Virus record (IMG/VR): IMGVR_UViG_3300028831_000155
Span: 6,725 to 70,724 of that record
Reading direction: 5' to 3' (one strand)
From: a virus
DNA length: 64,000 bases
Position 1 is the stretch's first letter, and each line of letters opens with the position of its first letter. The translations under genes and the position numbers were made by a program. Under the pieces are notes generated by a model. It was not told where the DNA came from. It ran no database searches and saw only the letters and a program-made list of their open reading frames with translations. This document shows positions 1 through 8,655 of the stretch, piece after piece.

Positions 1-252
1 TACCGTTCGTGGCGTGGCACGGAGACACGAGCCGCGGTTTCACGGCCAGATTCCGGGGTCACTCCATGAGTGTCAGACCCTTCTGGATGGGCGATACATG
101 GACATGGGTAGTGACGCGGCCCACCGGGAAGCAGGAATACGGCACGGCTGAAGACCTGATCGCCGCCAAACGAGCCGCGACCGAAGTCGCGTTATGAGAG
201 GGGATGAGCCGCAGCCATTCGCTGTGATGGTAATGCGGCGCTCCTCGTCCCT

Positions 253-507
253 ATGAAGGCTAGGTTTTACGGCGGTCCACTGGACAATCAGGTGAGAACC
301 CTACCGCCAAATACGCAGCGCTTTGAAGTACCGCTAATCGAGAATATGCCGCCCTTCGATTGGGAGCGCGGCGTCTTCGTGGGCACCATCACGGATAGGC
401 CGCCGATACTACATCGAGCGATATATATCCGCCAGACTCGACGGGTGGATCAGCCAGATAATGTCAAGCTACTTCACGTGCCGTTCGTCCTAGAACGCGA
501 AATCTGA
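253..507 (+). CDS. hypothetical protein
   Basis: 84-aa ORF with no recognisable motif. Confidence 0.3.
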   Translation: MKARFYGGPLDNQVRTLPPNTQRFEVPLIENMPPFDWERGVFVGTITDRPPILHRAIYIRQTRRVDQPDNVKLLHVPFVLEREI

Positions 508-530
508 AATGTTGCGCGCGCCGCGAAAAG
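504..530 (+). promoter_or_regulatory. conserved early regulatory motif, copy 1 (CTGAAATGTTGCGCGCGCCGCGAAAAG)
   Basis: The 16-mer TGTTGCGCGCGCCGCG is repeated exactly at 3027-3042. It sits just upstream of the ATG at 535 and contains a TTGCGC hexamer that resembles a -35 box. Confidence 0.45.
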
Positions 531-534
531 ACAA

Positions 535-753
535 ATGACCGATCTGCCCCAAATCTTCGACGGTCGGAATTTGACGCCGCGCGACCTGCGAATCCTCGCT
601 GAGTACGGCCGTCACGGAAACATCCGAGATGCGGCCAAACAATTAGGCATAGCGCCGCAGACCATGAAGGACAAACTGCACCTGATCTATGCCCAACTCG
701 GCGTCCATTCGGTCGGCGCCGCGATCTGGAAAGTGTTTGTAGGAAACGAGTGA
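535..753 (+). CDS. LuxR/GerE-family HTH transcriptional regulator
   Basis: 72 aa; LTPRDLRILAEYGRHGNIRDAAKQLGIAPQTMKDKLHLIYAQLGVHS matches the GerE-type helix-turn-helix pattern. Confidence 0.6.
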   Translation: MTDLPQIFDGRNLTPRDLRILAEYGRHGNIRDAAKQLGIAPQTMKDKLHLIYAQLGVHSVGAAIWKVFVGNE

Positions 754-765
754 CCACCTAGAACA

Positions 766-862
766 GCGGCGAACAACATCCCCTTACAGGGGATTTGTTG
801 TTGTTCGGCGCGCTGTAACTAGGCCCGAACAAGTGTTTGGCCTGTTCGGAAGTGTTGTTCGG
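766..862. repeat. iteron-like repeats (core TGTTCGG/CCGAACA, 5 copies in both orientations)
   Basis: Copies seen: cgaacaaca, tgttgttgttcgg, ccgaacaag, tgttcgg, tgttgttcggg. They lie between the HTH regulator gene and the end of the RepA-like gene. Confidence 0.4.
778..806 (+). terminator. hairpin ATCCCCttacaGGGGAT followed by a T-rich tract
   Basis: Perfect 6-bp inverted repeat immediately after the LuxR-like stop codon, followed by TTTGTTGTTGTT. Confidence 0.4.
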
Positions 863-863
863 G

Positions 864-2237
864 TTAGAGGGAATTGCTTTTCAGACCCCAGCGCATTGTT
901 CCATCCGGCGCCGTGAAGGTGACGAATAGTTTTCCCTCCCCCCGCTTCAAAGTCACTCTCACCGCATCAGTGGTGGCATCCAATTCCTCAGCGATCTCCC
1001 AGATGGCGAGAGCGCCGCGTTTGAGAACCTCGGCGATCTGAATCTTGAGCGGCAAGCGCTGCGCGAGGGCCGGAACAGACTTGACCTCTGTGGGTCGGAT
1101 GCTTATGTGCTCGTCACTGAACACGTACTCAAAGGCCGTGGCTGGATACTGCGGCCCGAGATTGTTCTTCTTGCTGAACAAGCCAACCGTGATGCGGTCA
1201 GCGCCGGGTGACTGATGCTTTTTGACAAACCATGTGCGGCGCGCTCCGTTATGGAAGAACGTGCTGCCGAACGGCTTGTCCTCGTCCTGAGCCTTGGTGT
1301 TATGGGCGATGGTGATGACTGGCACCGCCAATCTGCGTACCGAACGGTAGAAGTTGCTGGCAATTTCTTGCTCGTTGGCGTCACCCCCGGCAGCCTGTGC
1401 CAGAGAGTCGAGCGCAACCAATTCGATCTTCTCGTCTCTGACGACTGCCCGTAACTGATCCACTGCGTCTGTTACGGGTCGATCCATACGTAGATAGCGG
1501 ATCACGGGACGCTCGTCGGTCTGCATGAGCTGGCGCATTCGGTCCTTGTGGACCCAATCCTCATCTTCCCAGTCGAGGTACAGCACCTTGCGCGTACTGA
1601 GCGGCTTGATGCCGATGAACGCCTCACTGCCAGTTCGTAACGCCAGCGCGAACGCGAGTAGCAGGGTCGATTTCCCGGTCCCTCCATCGCCAAAGAAGAT
1701 CGTTACACCGGACGGAGAAATAAAATTGCCGAGCAGTTCGTTCTCGGCAGGTGGATCAGGAGCATCCCATAGGTCCTCAGTAGGCTGACCATTACGGTAT
1801 GCCGTCAGCGCTCTGATAGATGCCCACTCGACCATGCTTTCCCACGCAAACCCGAAGTCTTTGGTGCGGCGGTCGAGCGTGTTCGCAAGTGTGACCTTGG
1901 AATTGGACGAGAGCAGGTTCAGACGGCTCTTGTTCAGCGGTCCCTCAAGCATGGCCGCCGCGCTATCTAGGTAGACCGTCACCTCAGCAAAGGTCTCTCC
2001 ATGGCTGTCAGTACGTAGAAGATCGAAGTCGATCTGCACGTGCTGGTCTTGGAAAAGGGCTGTGTGTATCTCGTGATCCGTGAAGAAGATGCGACCATCC
2101 GCAGTAGTGCTATGCAGAGCCTTGATCGCAGATCGCAGTTCTTCCGTGCGCTCAACAACTGTGCGTTGAGCAGGAGTGAGCATTTGGCCGCCCTTCTCGT
2201 TGTTGACAGCGGCTTTTGGAGGCTTATATGATGGCAC
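864..2237 (-). CDS. RepA-like AAA-ATPase (RecA-fold) primase/helicase-type replication protein
   Basis: 457 aa; Walker A GDGGTGKST; Walker B-like LYLDWEDE; DSLAQAAGG motif; C-terminal winged-helix-like tail. Confidence 0.7.
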   Translation of the reverse strand: MPSYKPPKAAVNNEKGGQMLTPAQRTVVERTEELRSAIKALHSTTADGRIFFTDHEIHTALFQDQHVQIDFDLLRTDSHGETFAEVTVYLDSAAAMLEGPLNKSRLNLLSSNSKVTLANTLDRRTKDFGFAWESMVEWASIRALTAYRNGQPTEDLWDAPDPPAENELLGNFISPSGVTIFFGDGGTGKSTLLLAFALALRTGSEAFIGIKPLSTRKVLYLDWEDEDWVHKDRMRQLMQTDERPVIRYLRMDRPVTDAVDQLRAVVRDEKIELVALDSLAQAAGGDANEQEIASNFYRSVRRLAVPVITIAHNTKAQDEDKPFGSTFFHNGARRTWFVKKHQSPGADRITVGLFSKKNNLGPQYPATAFEYVFSDEHISIRPTEVKSVPALAQRLPLKIQIAEVLKRGALAIWEIAEELDATTDAVRVTLKRGEGKLFVTFTAPDGTMRWGLKSNSL

Positions 2238-2412
2238 CAGCGTTCTCCTTGGAAGGTGTTTCGGCGCTTCTCCTTGGTGAGTGCGGTGCGAGAGCCGAAC
2301 GATTCGCGGGTCGAGCTTCCTAGCCCTCCTCGCGGTCTGTGCCCCGGCGAATCGCCTTCAGGACCCGTCTCGTAAGAGGCGGGTTCTGTCTTAGACAGGG
2401 AATCCTACGCCC

Positions 2413-2448
2413 AACAAAAAGCCGCCGCAAGCCTCAACCTGCGGCGGC
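2413..2448 (-). terminator. rho-independent terminator (9-bp GC stem GCCGCCGCA/TGCGGCGGC followed by TTTTTGTT on the minus strand)
   Basis: Perfect inverted repeat at 2421-2429 and 2440-2448, preceded on the plus strand by an A-run. It lies 18 nt downstream of the small minus-strand gene. Confidence 0.55.
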
Positions 2449-2466
2449 TGTGGATAGCCTGTGGAT

Positions 2467-2639
2467 TACTTCATGTTCGGGGCGCGGGCCTCCTTATCGG
2501 ACAGATCGGTCTGCGGCGCCGCAGGCTTGTTGGTGGTCTGCTCGCTCGACTGCTTGTCCACTCGCTCCTGCGTCGTCTTGTTCTGGGTGTCGGGTGTCTG
2601 CGACACATTCTGGGATGGATTGGGGTCTCGCTGCGACAC
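2467..2639 (-). CDS. small hydrophilic Q/T/K-rich protein (57 aa; below the ORF-track cutoff)
   Basis: GTG start 8 nt after a perfect AGGAGG; translation VSQRDPNPSQNVSQTPDTQNKTTQERVDKQSSEQTTNKPAAPQTDLSDKEARAPNMK; terminator follows. Confidence 0.4.
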
Positions 2640-3020
2640 GGGGTGTACCTCCTAGTATCTGAAGGGCCGCCGCACACCTGCTCGGCAAGTGCCATGCCAG
2701 AAGGGTCTTGACAGTGGTGATATCGTTTCGCTCACGTCCCGGCGACGGTCGGGGCGAGAGAGATAGCCCAACCCCGTTGGCTGAAGACGGGAAGGCACAC
2801 TCGGCAGCAGAAAACGGCGCCGCGAGGGTGACAGAGAGTAGCGGCGTCAGAGATGGAATCCCCGTCGAACCTGCGGGCCGCTCAGGGCCTTGAAAACTCT
2901 GGGTGGGGATGACCGAACGAGTGGTCGTGGTTGAATTGCTACATTCAAAAGGCAGCGCCACGTCGAGGTGAAGTCCTCGCTCTCAGCAAGAACCCAGCCG
3001 AAAGGTTGGGTTTCTTGTTT

Positions 3021-3058
3021 TCTGAAAATGTTGCGCGCGCCGCGGAGAGTGATATCAT
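3021..3058 (+). promoter_or_regulatory. early promoter with conserved motif, copy 2 (TTGCGC, 16 nt spacer, TATCAT); leaderless start for 3065
   Basis: -35 TTGCGC at 3031-3036 and -10 TATCAT at 3053-3058; ATG 7 nt downstream. Shares the 16-mer with 511-526. Confidence 0.5.
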
Positions 3059-3064
3059 CACAGC

Positions 3065-3439
3065 ATGGACAAGTTGCGACTGTTCATCTGGGAGGGCGAC
3101 GGGATCAGCGACGCCTATCACGATGATGGCACGCTAGTAATGCTGGCTGAAAGCCCAGATCAGGCACGCGAGGTATTACGGCGCACGATTGAGGCCGACA
3201 AGCCTCAACAGGAGATTCATAACGCCGCGTGGGAGTCCCAGATGGAAAAGTTCAGGCAGGCGGGTGGATTTAGAACTTCGACTCGCTTTTGGGAGAGCGA
3301 GTACGCCAAAAATCTTCCCGACCAACCTCCCAACCGAGCCGATGGTGGCACACTGAAGGCCATGGAGCGCGAGCCAGACCGCGTGATTGAACTCGACAAG
3401 CCGCGGTGGGTTGCCTTCAACGGCGGAGGATACGACTGA
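3065..3439 (+). CDS. hypothetical protein
   Basis: 124-aa ORF; its stop overlaps the next start (TGAATG). Confidence 0.45.
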   Translation: MDKLRLFIWEGDGISDAYHDDGTLVMLAESPDQAREVLRRTIEADKPQQEIHNAAWESQMEKFRQAGGFRTSTRFWESEYAKNLPDQPPNRADGGTLKAMEREPDRVIELDKPRWVAFNGGGYD

Positions 3440-3850
3440 ATGACTCTCAAGCGCTCCTACATTCGCCGCAAGCCGCGGCGCAACCGTGAACCCGTAGACT
3501 GGCCCGCCCTACAGGAACACGTACGCCTACGCGATGCAGCGCAGAGCGCCATCAAACTCCGCGAGCGGCTCGATCCGCTGACCGCGGCGAGGATGGCTTC
3601 GCAGGGCGACCTGCCCTGCGTGGCGTGGGTCATCGAGGGCGGCCCCATAGTGTGCGGGCCCACCAAGTCATGGCGTCTGGACCACGTGCAGGAGAACTAC
3701 GGACGTGCGGGCCGCAAGGCTGAGGATCAGGAGGATCGCTTAGTCTCGCTATGCGAGGTCCACGATGAACGGGGGATGAAGGGCGGCGCTCAATGGAATA
3801 CCTCGCATCGCGAGGATGAGCGCCGCTATCTGGAATCACTCTACGGTTAG
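3440..3850 (+). CDS. putative HNH-like nuclease
   Basis: Cys pairs plus LDHV...N...LCEVHD spacing resemble an HNH/zinc-finger nuclease core. Confidence 0.35.
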   Translation: MTLKRSYIRRKPRRNREPVDWPALQEHVRLRDAAQSAIKLRERLDPLTAARMASQGDLPCVAWVIEGGPIVCGPTKSWRLDHVQENYGRAGRKAEDQEDRLVSLCEVHDERGMKGGAQWNTSHREDERRYLESLYG

Positions 3851-3859
3851 GAGGAAGTC

Positions 3860-4450
3860 ATGGACCTATCTACCATCAGCATGCAGAAGGAGCAGGCCGA
3901 GGCCGCTTTCCGAGAGTATCGCGGCGCGTTCCTCGCCGAGCGCAATCGCATCGACGGCGAACTGATGCGCGGCTACAAGGCACTCAAGGAAGGCAAGCAG
4001 CTCATCCGCTTGGCCGAAACTATCGCCACTGGTGGCGTGGATGATCTGGGACGCCCGCGCCTCGCTATTGCACGAGCCGACGAGCGTGAAATCGGAATGG
4101 TTCGCTGGCGCTCGGGTGAGGTGAACTATGAGCCTTCCAGCCGACGCATCCGTGCCCGAGATCGAGTGTTTCGGTTCCCAAGCGGTACGCTGCCAGCCGA
4201 TGACAATGTGGAATGGAAGTACTGGTACGCGCTGACACCATTGGTGCCACCGCGTTTCCGAGCACCCAACTCCGCGCTGAGCAACTTCCACGTTCTTTGG
4301 GAGGCCGAGTGGTACGCTCAAGCCAAGACTCGCGTCGCACCACGCGACCCCGCACTACTTCGTCACCTCGGCGGTGATCTATGGGTCGTTCTCGCTACGT
4401 GGGACCTTACTGAACTAGAGCGGGCCGTACTAGAAATGCGCGCCAGTTAG
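3860..4450 (+). CDS. hypothetical protein
   Basis: 196-aa ORF with coding-like composition. Confidence 0.45.
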   Translation: MDLSTISMQKEQAEAAFREYRGAFLAERNRIDGELMRGYKALKEGKQLIRLAETIATGGVDDLGRPRLAIARADEREIGMVRWRSGEVNYEPSSRRIRARDRVFRFPSGTLPADDNVEWKYWYALTPLVPPRFRAPNSALSNFHVLWEAEWYAQAKTRVAPRDPALLRHLGGDLWVVLATWDLTELERAVLEMRAS

Positions 4451-4638
4451 GATGGCTTGCCCTTCTTGGCCTTGGCGGCAGAGGTCGCCGCAGGACGTAC
4501 GGCGGTGTTCTCGTCCTTCTCAACCACGCCAGCGCGGTCGCCATGCTTCGCGTTCCACTCTAGGGTGTTCTCCTGAGTGGGGTCATAGTTGCCGCGGTAC
4601 ATCGGGTCTTCTGTCTGGGTCTGGGTTTTATCGGCCAT
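4447..4638 (-). CDS. small hydrophilic, probably disordered protein, antisense to the early block
   Basis: 63 aa, rich in D/E/K/T/Q; AGGAGA sits 5 nt upstream of the ATG. Confidence 0.4.
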   Translation of the reverse strand: MADKTQTQTEDPMYRGNYDPTQENTLEWNAKHGDRAGVVEKDENTAVRPAATSAAKAKKGKPS

Positions 4639-4653
4639 CGGAGTCTCCTCTGA

Positions 4654-4869
4654 ATGGGTTTACCACATGAAGATGCAGAGGCCATGCCAGTGAGAGACCG
4701 TATCGAGGTCTCGCTGCTGGTGGGATTGCTGACCGCTCTGGGCATGGCCGCGATATGGGCTGGCTGGGAACTGGTTACCCATGGCTTGGTGGTGCTGACG
4801 GTGGTGTTCTTCGGTTTCATCGCCGCGATCCTGACCTTCATCATTGATACGGTGACATCGCGGCCATGA
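4654..4869 (+). CDS. small membrane protein
   Basis: 71 aa with two hydrophobic helices (LLVGLLTALGMAAIWAGW, VVLTVVFFGFIAAILTFII). Confidence 0.5.
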   Translation: MGLPHEDAEAMPVRDRIEVSLLVGLLTALGMAAIWAGWELVTHGLVVLTVVFFGFIAAILTFIIDTVTSRP

Positions 4870-5318
4870 AACCACTGAAGGTAACCGCGGTCGGCGTCAG
4901 CCCAAAGTCAGCGCCAGTCGTGGTTGATCCGGGGCTAGTGAGAGCCGAGGACCTATGCCGCAAACTAGCGGCGTGGGCTGATGTCGCGGAGGTTTCCTCG
5001 CCGCGGTGCGGCACTGGCAGCCTCGGCATCTGGAAGTCTGACCTCCTGAACCGGCTGATCTATGCGGCTGAGATGCCGAGTCAGACGCCTTGCCCAGTTC
5101 ACAAGGGCAAGTGGAGCGGCTGTCACTTCGGATGGCCCGGATCGACTTGGGTCGGCATCGACCCCAAGACTGGCGAGCGGACTGAGAAGCCCGCAGATGT
5201 TGAGCCACGTCTCCAAGAATGGTGGGACGCGGGTTGCCGCTGCGCCACCCATCAAGGCTCGTCCTGCACGACCGGGTGGAACCCCGACGCCGCGTGCGGA
5301 TGCCTCAGCAATGATTAG
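4866..5318 (+). CDS. hypothetical Cys-rich protein
   Basis: 150 aa; ATGA overlap with the upstream gene. Confidence 0.45.
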   Translation: MKPLKVTAVGVSPKSAPVVVDPGLVRAEDLCRKLAAWADVAEVSSPRCGTGSLGIWKSDLLNRLIYAAEMPSQTPCPVHKGKWSGCHFGWPGSTWVGIDPKTGERTEKPADVEPRLQEWWDAGCRCATHQGSSCTTGWNPDAACGCLSND

Positions 5319-5547
5319 CACCTTCCGACGTGACCTGCGGCGCTTCCGAGAGGAATGCGACCACGGCCGCAGTCACACCCAACTCGACCCGCACCAGCAT
5401 CGCATCCTGTGGCGTGACGGCCGCCATCATCACGAAGTCCTGTGCTCATGGTGCGGCCAGTGGGCCGAGATCAACAAGGAATCGGACCTACCCGACTCAT
5501 GGTCGCCGCAAGCCAAAGAGTTCTGGAAGCAGAAGCATCTGCGATGA
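5311..5547 (+). CDS. hypothetical His/Cys-containing protein
   Basis: Internal ATG at 5311 within track ORF 5062-5547; the upstream part of that ORF is an overlap artefact. Confidence 0.35.
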   Translation: MISTFRRDLRRFREECDHGRSHTQLDPHQHRILWRDGRHHHEVLCSWCGQWAEINKESDLPDSWSPQAKEFWKQKHLR

Positions 5548-5705
5548 GCAAACGTGGGCTAGCCGCTGTTCTCGCATTCTGGGGCTGGCTTATTGTCATC
5601 CTTTTGATCGGTTTCACCTTGTCGTGGAACGCCGCCGTAGTGTTCTGTTTCGGAACAATTATTGTTGTGTGTCTGAGCGCCATCGTCTATGGATTCGCCG
5701 CATAA
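5544..5705 (+). CDS. small membrane protein
   Basis: 53 aa, MSKRGLAAVLAFWGWLIVILLIGF...; ATGA overlap with the upstream gene. Confidence 0.4.
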   Translation: MSKRGLAAVLAFWGWLIVILLIGFTLSWNAAVVFCFGTIIVVCLSAIVYGFAA

Positions 5706-5707
5706 CC

Positions 5708-6025
5708 GTGAGCGCCGCAGAAGATGCACTGGCTACCCTGCTCAAGTGGGAGAAACTGGACTACGGCATGGAACGGGAGTTCAGGTTCGCGGCGCCGCGG
5801 CGATGGAGATTCGATTTCGCTTTCCCGCACGCCATGACCGCCATCGAGGTAGAGGGTGGTTCGTGGATCGGCGGCGCCCACACCCGCGGCGCTCACTTCG
5901 AGGCTGACTGTGAGAAATACAACGCCGCGGTCAGTGCCCACTGGAGGGTGCTGCGAGTGACGCCACGCATGATTGACGACGGTCGTGCTGTCGCCGCGCT
6001 CAAGGACTTGTGGGGCATCACATGA
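5708..6025 (+). CDS. DUF559/Vsr-like endonuclease-domain protein
   Basis: RFDFAFP...AIEVEGGSWIG...H...WRVLRV resembles the (R)xDFAxP...iEvDG...H restriction-endonuclease-like core. Start codon is uncertain (GTG at 5708 or ATG near 5768). Confidence 0.4.
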   Translation: MSAAEDALATLLKWEKLDYGMEREFRFAAPRRWRFDFAFPHAMTAIEVEGGSWIGGAHTRGAHFEADCEKYNAAVSAHWRVLRVTPRMIDDGRAVAALKDLWGIT

Positions 6026-6276
6026 GGATCAGCCGGAGGTATTCGTCCGAGGCCGCGGACTTCATCGAGAAGATCGAGCAGCACCTCGACGCGCCGCCGA
6101 ACTCGCTTTCGATCTACCTCGTGGCGCTGCTGATAAACAAGGGCGACGACCTGCCGCCACGCTGCCATGCCCATGAACTGGTGAGCGCCGCCAACTGGAT
6201 GCCGCAATTCGGAATGTTGCGCTGGCACCGGGAAGGAAATGAGACAGTGGTGTCATGGCGCGAACATCTGAACTAG
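6010..6276 (+). CDS. hypothetical protein
   Basis: 88-aa ORF. Confidence 0.4.
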   Translation: MGHHMRISRRYSSEAADFIEKIEQHLDAPPNSLSIYLVALLINKGDDLPPRCHAHELVSAANWMPQFGMLRWHREGNETVVSWREHLN

Positions 6277-6506
6277 AAAGATTCCGCATCCAGCGGCTCG
6301 CTAACTACAACAGCGAAACAGGCCGTGGCCTTGTGCATACCCGAGACTGGACCTACTTCATGGTCAAGGAACAGATGTGGTACGACAATGACTACATGCC
6401 GCACATGTGGGCAGAAAGAGGATACGAACCTGACCCCGATAGCAAGGGGCCATTCATCGTTTACCGCAAGGTCAAGCAGTCCCCATGGTGGAGGCGGCTG
6501 CTCTGA
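6255..6506 (+). CDS. hypothetical protein
   Basis: 83-aa ORF, W/Y-rich. Confidence 0.4.
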   Translation: MARTSELERFRIQRLANYNSETGRGLVHTRDWTYFMVKEQMWYDNDYMPHMWAERGYEPDPDSKGPFIVYRKVKQSPWWRRLL

Positions 6507-6766
6507 TGGTCTTCATGGATGTAGCACCGCCTAGCAACAAGCGTCGCGCCGAGATCAAGCGCGAGTACGAGAACAAGGAGTTCAACCGCGTGCGAGGGGC
6601 ACTGCGGCAGATGGTGGATGAGACCCGGATCGCCGCAGACCTGACCGAATTCCTAGTGTTGCATGGCGCGCCGCAGAACTTGATCGTATTCGTCTCTCAG
6701 AATCTCAAGCGCCTAGCGTGGGACCTCAACGCTGTGGGAGCAGGCACCGAGCCGCGTGACGAGTGA
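6485..6766 (+). CDS. hypothetical protein
   Basis: 93-aa ORF. Confidence 0.4.
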   Translation: MVEAAALMVFMDVAPPSNKRRAEIKREYENKEFNRVRGALRQMVDETRIAADLTEFLVLHGAPQNLIVFVSQNLKRLAWDLNAVGAGTEPRDE

Positions 6767-7128
6767 GAGTCTTAGTCTGCGGCGACCGTCACTGGAAGGA
6801 CTACGGCTATATCTTCGACCGTCTGGATGATATGAGTCTCTACTACAACATCACCGAGATCATAGAGGGATGTGCTCGCGGCGCTGATCGTTTCGCTGAA
6901 CATTGGGCAGCCGGTAAGGAAATGCCGATCCAGCACTTCCCAGCGGACTGGAATAGGTATGGTAAGGCTGCTGGAATCATCCGCAATCAGCAGATGCTCG
7001 ATGAAGGCAAGCCCGACATGGTGGTGGCCTTTCACACTGCCCTCATGCAGAGCAAGGGCACCAAGGATATGGTGCAACGTGCCCGCGCCGCTGGCATCGA
7101 GACCTTTGTATTCCCGCACCACGAGTGA
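6763..7128 (+). CDS. DUF2493 / SLOG-family Rossmann-like protein
   Basis: VLVCGDRHW...GCARGADRFAEHWA...IIRNQQMLDEGKPDMVVAFH matches the phage DUF2493/SLOG pattern. Confidence 0.5.
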   Translation: MRVLVCGDRHWKDYGYIFDRLDDMSLYYNITEIIEGCARGADRFAEHWAAGKEMPIQHFPADWNRYGKAAGIIRNQQMLDEGKPDMVVAFHTALMQSKGTKDMVQRARAAGIETFVFPHHE

Positions 7129-7553
7129 GGTTCATCCTCGCCGCGAACCGTAGCCTTCCGATTGCGGCGGTCGCCAACCACACGCTGATGAAGTTAGCGG
7201 CGCTGCCCATGGATGCATGGGTGCTGCTCCGCAAACCAGTCTCAGGCAATCCCGCCGCATACGAGACCTTCGTGGCCCAGTTGTGCGGCGATCTGGGCAT
7301 CAGCGTGGAGTGGTTCGCGCCTGACCCAGAAGGTCATGGCCGCTCCTCTGTCTATGAACGCGACGTGAGAATGGCCCGCGCCGCAGACGGTGCCATCTGT
7401 TACTTCGATCCAGACACCCCCATGGACGGCGGCACAGGTCACGTCGCAGAGCGCTGCATCGAGGAGGACACTCCGGTCGAATGTTTCGTGTGGGAGCCAA
7501 CTGTCAATCGCCTCGATTTGATCGGCTCGATTGAAAAGAACAGCGGCCTTTGA
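7125..7553 (+). CDS. hypothetical protein, possible divergent SLOG-like paralog
   Basis: 142 aa; ATGA overlap with 6763-7128; the GGTGHV motif loosely parallels DUF2493. Confidence 0.35.
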   Translation: MRFILAANRSLPIAAVANHTLMKLAALPMDAWVLLRKPVSGNPAAYETFVAQLCGDLGISVEWFAPDPEGHGRSSVYERDVRMARAADGAICYFDPDTPMDGGTGHVAERCIEEDTPVECFVWEPTVNRLDLIGSIEKNSGL

Positions 7554-7574
7554 CATAAGTGCTACCCTACGCGC

Positions 7575-8102
7575 GTGCTCGCCGCCGCAACCCTACAGTG
7601 GACAAATGCCACTGTTGCGCGCCTCAGTTACGAATGGAAGTCCGAAGTACCCCTGTCCATGCACCGCATGGGTGAGCGCGGCTTAGGCTCGGATGGGAAT
7701 CCGCAGTGGACTCAGGAATTCGAGTTCTACCTGACGCGCGGCATTGGCAGAGCCGAAACCGATACGCGACCCGACGACTGGGAGGAACGAAACATTCACG
7801 AGCGCCGCGGCCCGTACCAACAGCCTCCCGCCCGAGTCAGGACCACCCGAGCCTTCCGCAAACTGCGCCGCCATTCCAATGCCGAGTTCATCGTGGCCTA
7901 TCGGCTATGCGTCTTGGACCCGCCGCTATACGACCACAAGAACCTCGAAGCCTCGTCTCGAAGTTTCTCGGGCGCGCTAAACAGGACCGTCCACTGGCTC
8001 AACCAGCGGGCGGTGCAACGTGAAACAGGAGAGACCTACACCTTCGAGCAGGTGGCCCTGCTCGCCTACGCCGCCGCCGAGAAACTCAATTCTTGGGCGT
8101 GA
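7575..8102 (+). CDS. hypothetical protein
   Basis: 175-aa ORF. Confidence 0.45.
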   Translation: MLAAATLQWTNATVARLSYEWKSEVPLSMHRMGERGLGSDGNPQWTQEFEFYLTRGIGRAETDTRPDDWEERNIHERRGPYQQPPARVRTTRAFRKLRRHSNAEFIVAYRLCVLDPPLYDHKNLEASSRSFSGALNRTVHWLNQRAVQRETGETYTFEQVALLAYAAAEKLNSWA

Positions 8103-8655
8103 AGGCGGTGTTGGGCAGTAGGACAGGCGGCGCCACGATCAGCGCCGGGACTGGCAACGGACGCAGTGGCGCGACAGGCGGCAGCACTGCCTTGGGGATG
8201 GCTAGGTAGCAGTCGAAGAACCAGCGGTCGCTGGTGGAGATCACGACGTGGGTGGCCCCGCAGCCGATGCGGGTGTAACTGCGATTCACGAGGATGGCGT
8301 GATGCTCGGGGCTCGCCATCCACGCACTCACGATCTGTGCGACCGGATCAGCGGCGCCGCCGTTGTAGCCGATGACTTCTGCTTCACCCCCGGCTATGGG
8401 GCAGTCGTGTAGCGCCTCTGCTGCGGCCATCCGCAGCGTGCAAGCCGCAGCACGTACCTGAAATCCCAAATCGACCGTGCGCGAGATGCCGGTCACCGCC
8501 GCGATCTGACCCTCGATGGTCAGCGGATCGGGTGCAGCCTGCGGTCGGGCAGTGGGACTGGGAGTTACCTGATGGGCTGTCGGTGCAATCGCTGAGGTGG
8601 GATGAGCCAGCAGCAGCAGCATGACTACAGCCAATGCGCCGAGCAGGACTTTCAT
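8086..8655 (-). CDS. secreted CAP/SCP (PR-1-like) domain protein
   Basis: N-terminal signal peptide MKVLLGALAVVMLLLLAHPTSA; SPEHHAILVNRSYTRIGCGA matches the CAP-domain signature region. Confidence 0.55.
   Translation of the reverse strand: MKVLLGALAVVMLLLLAHPTSAIAPTAHQVTPSPTARPQAAPDPLTIEGQIAAVTGISRTVDLGFQVRAAACTLRMAAAEALHDCPIAGGEAEVIGYNGGAADPVAQIVSAWMASPEHHAILVNRSYTRIGCGATHVVISTSDRWFFDCYLAIPKAVLPPVAPLRPLPVPALIVAPPVLLPNTAFTPKN

Noticed and set aside
2339-2961. ORFs 2339-2662 (+), 2494-2961 (-) and 2708-2893 (+) in the region between the RepA-like gene and the gene at 3065
   Set aside because: Arg/Pro-rich, low-complexity translations without ribosome-binding sites. The region is better explained by the small SD-equipped minus-strand gene at 2467-2639, its terminator and a divergent promoter region.
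5330-6025. 231-aa ORF spanning 5330-6025
   Set aside because: Its first 125 or so codons overlap two better-supported genes (5311-5547, 5544-5705) in other frames. Only the C-terminal DUF559-like part (from about 5708) is called.
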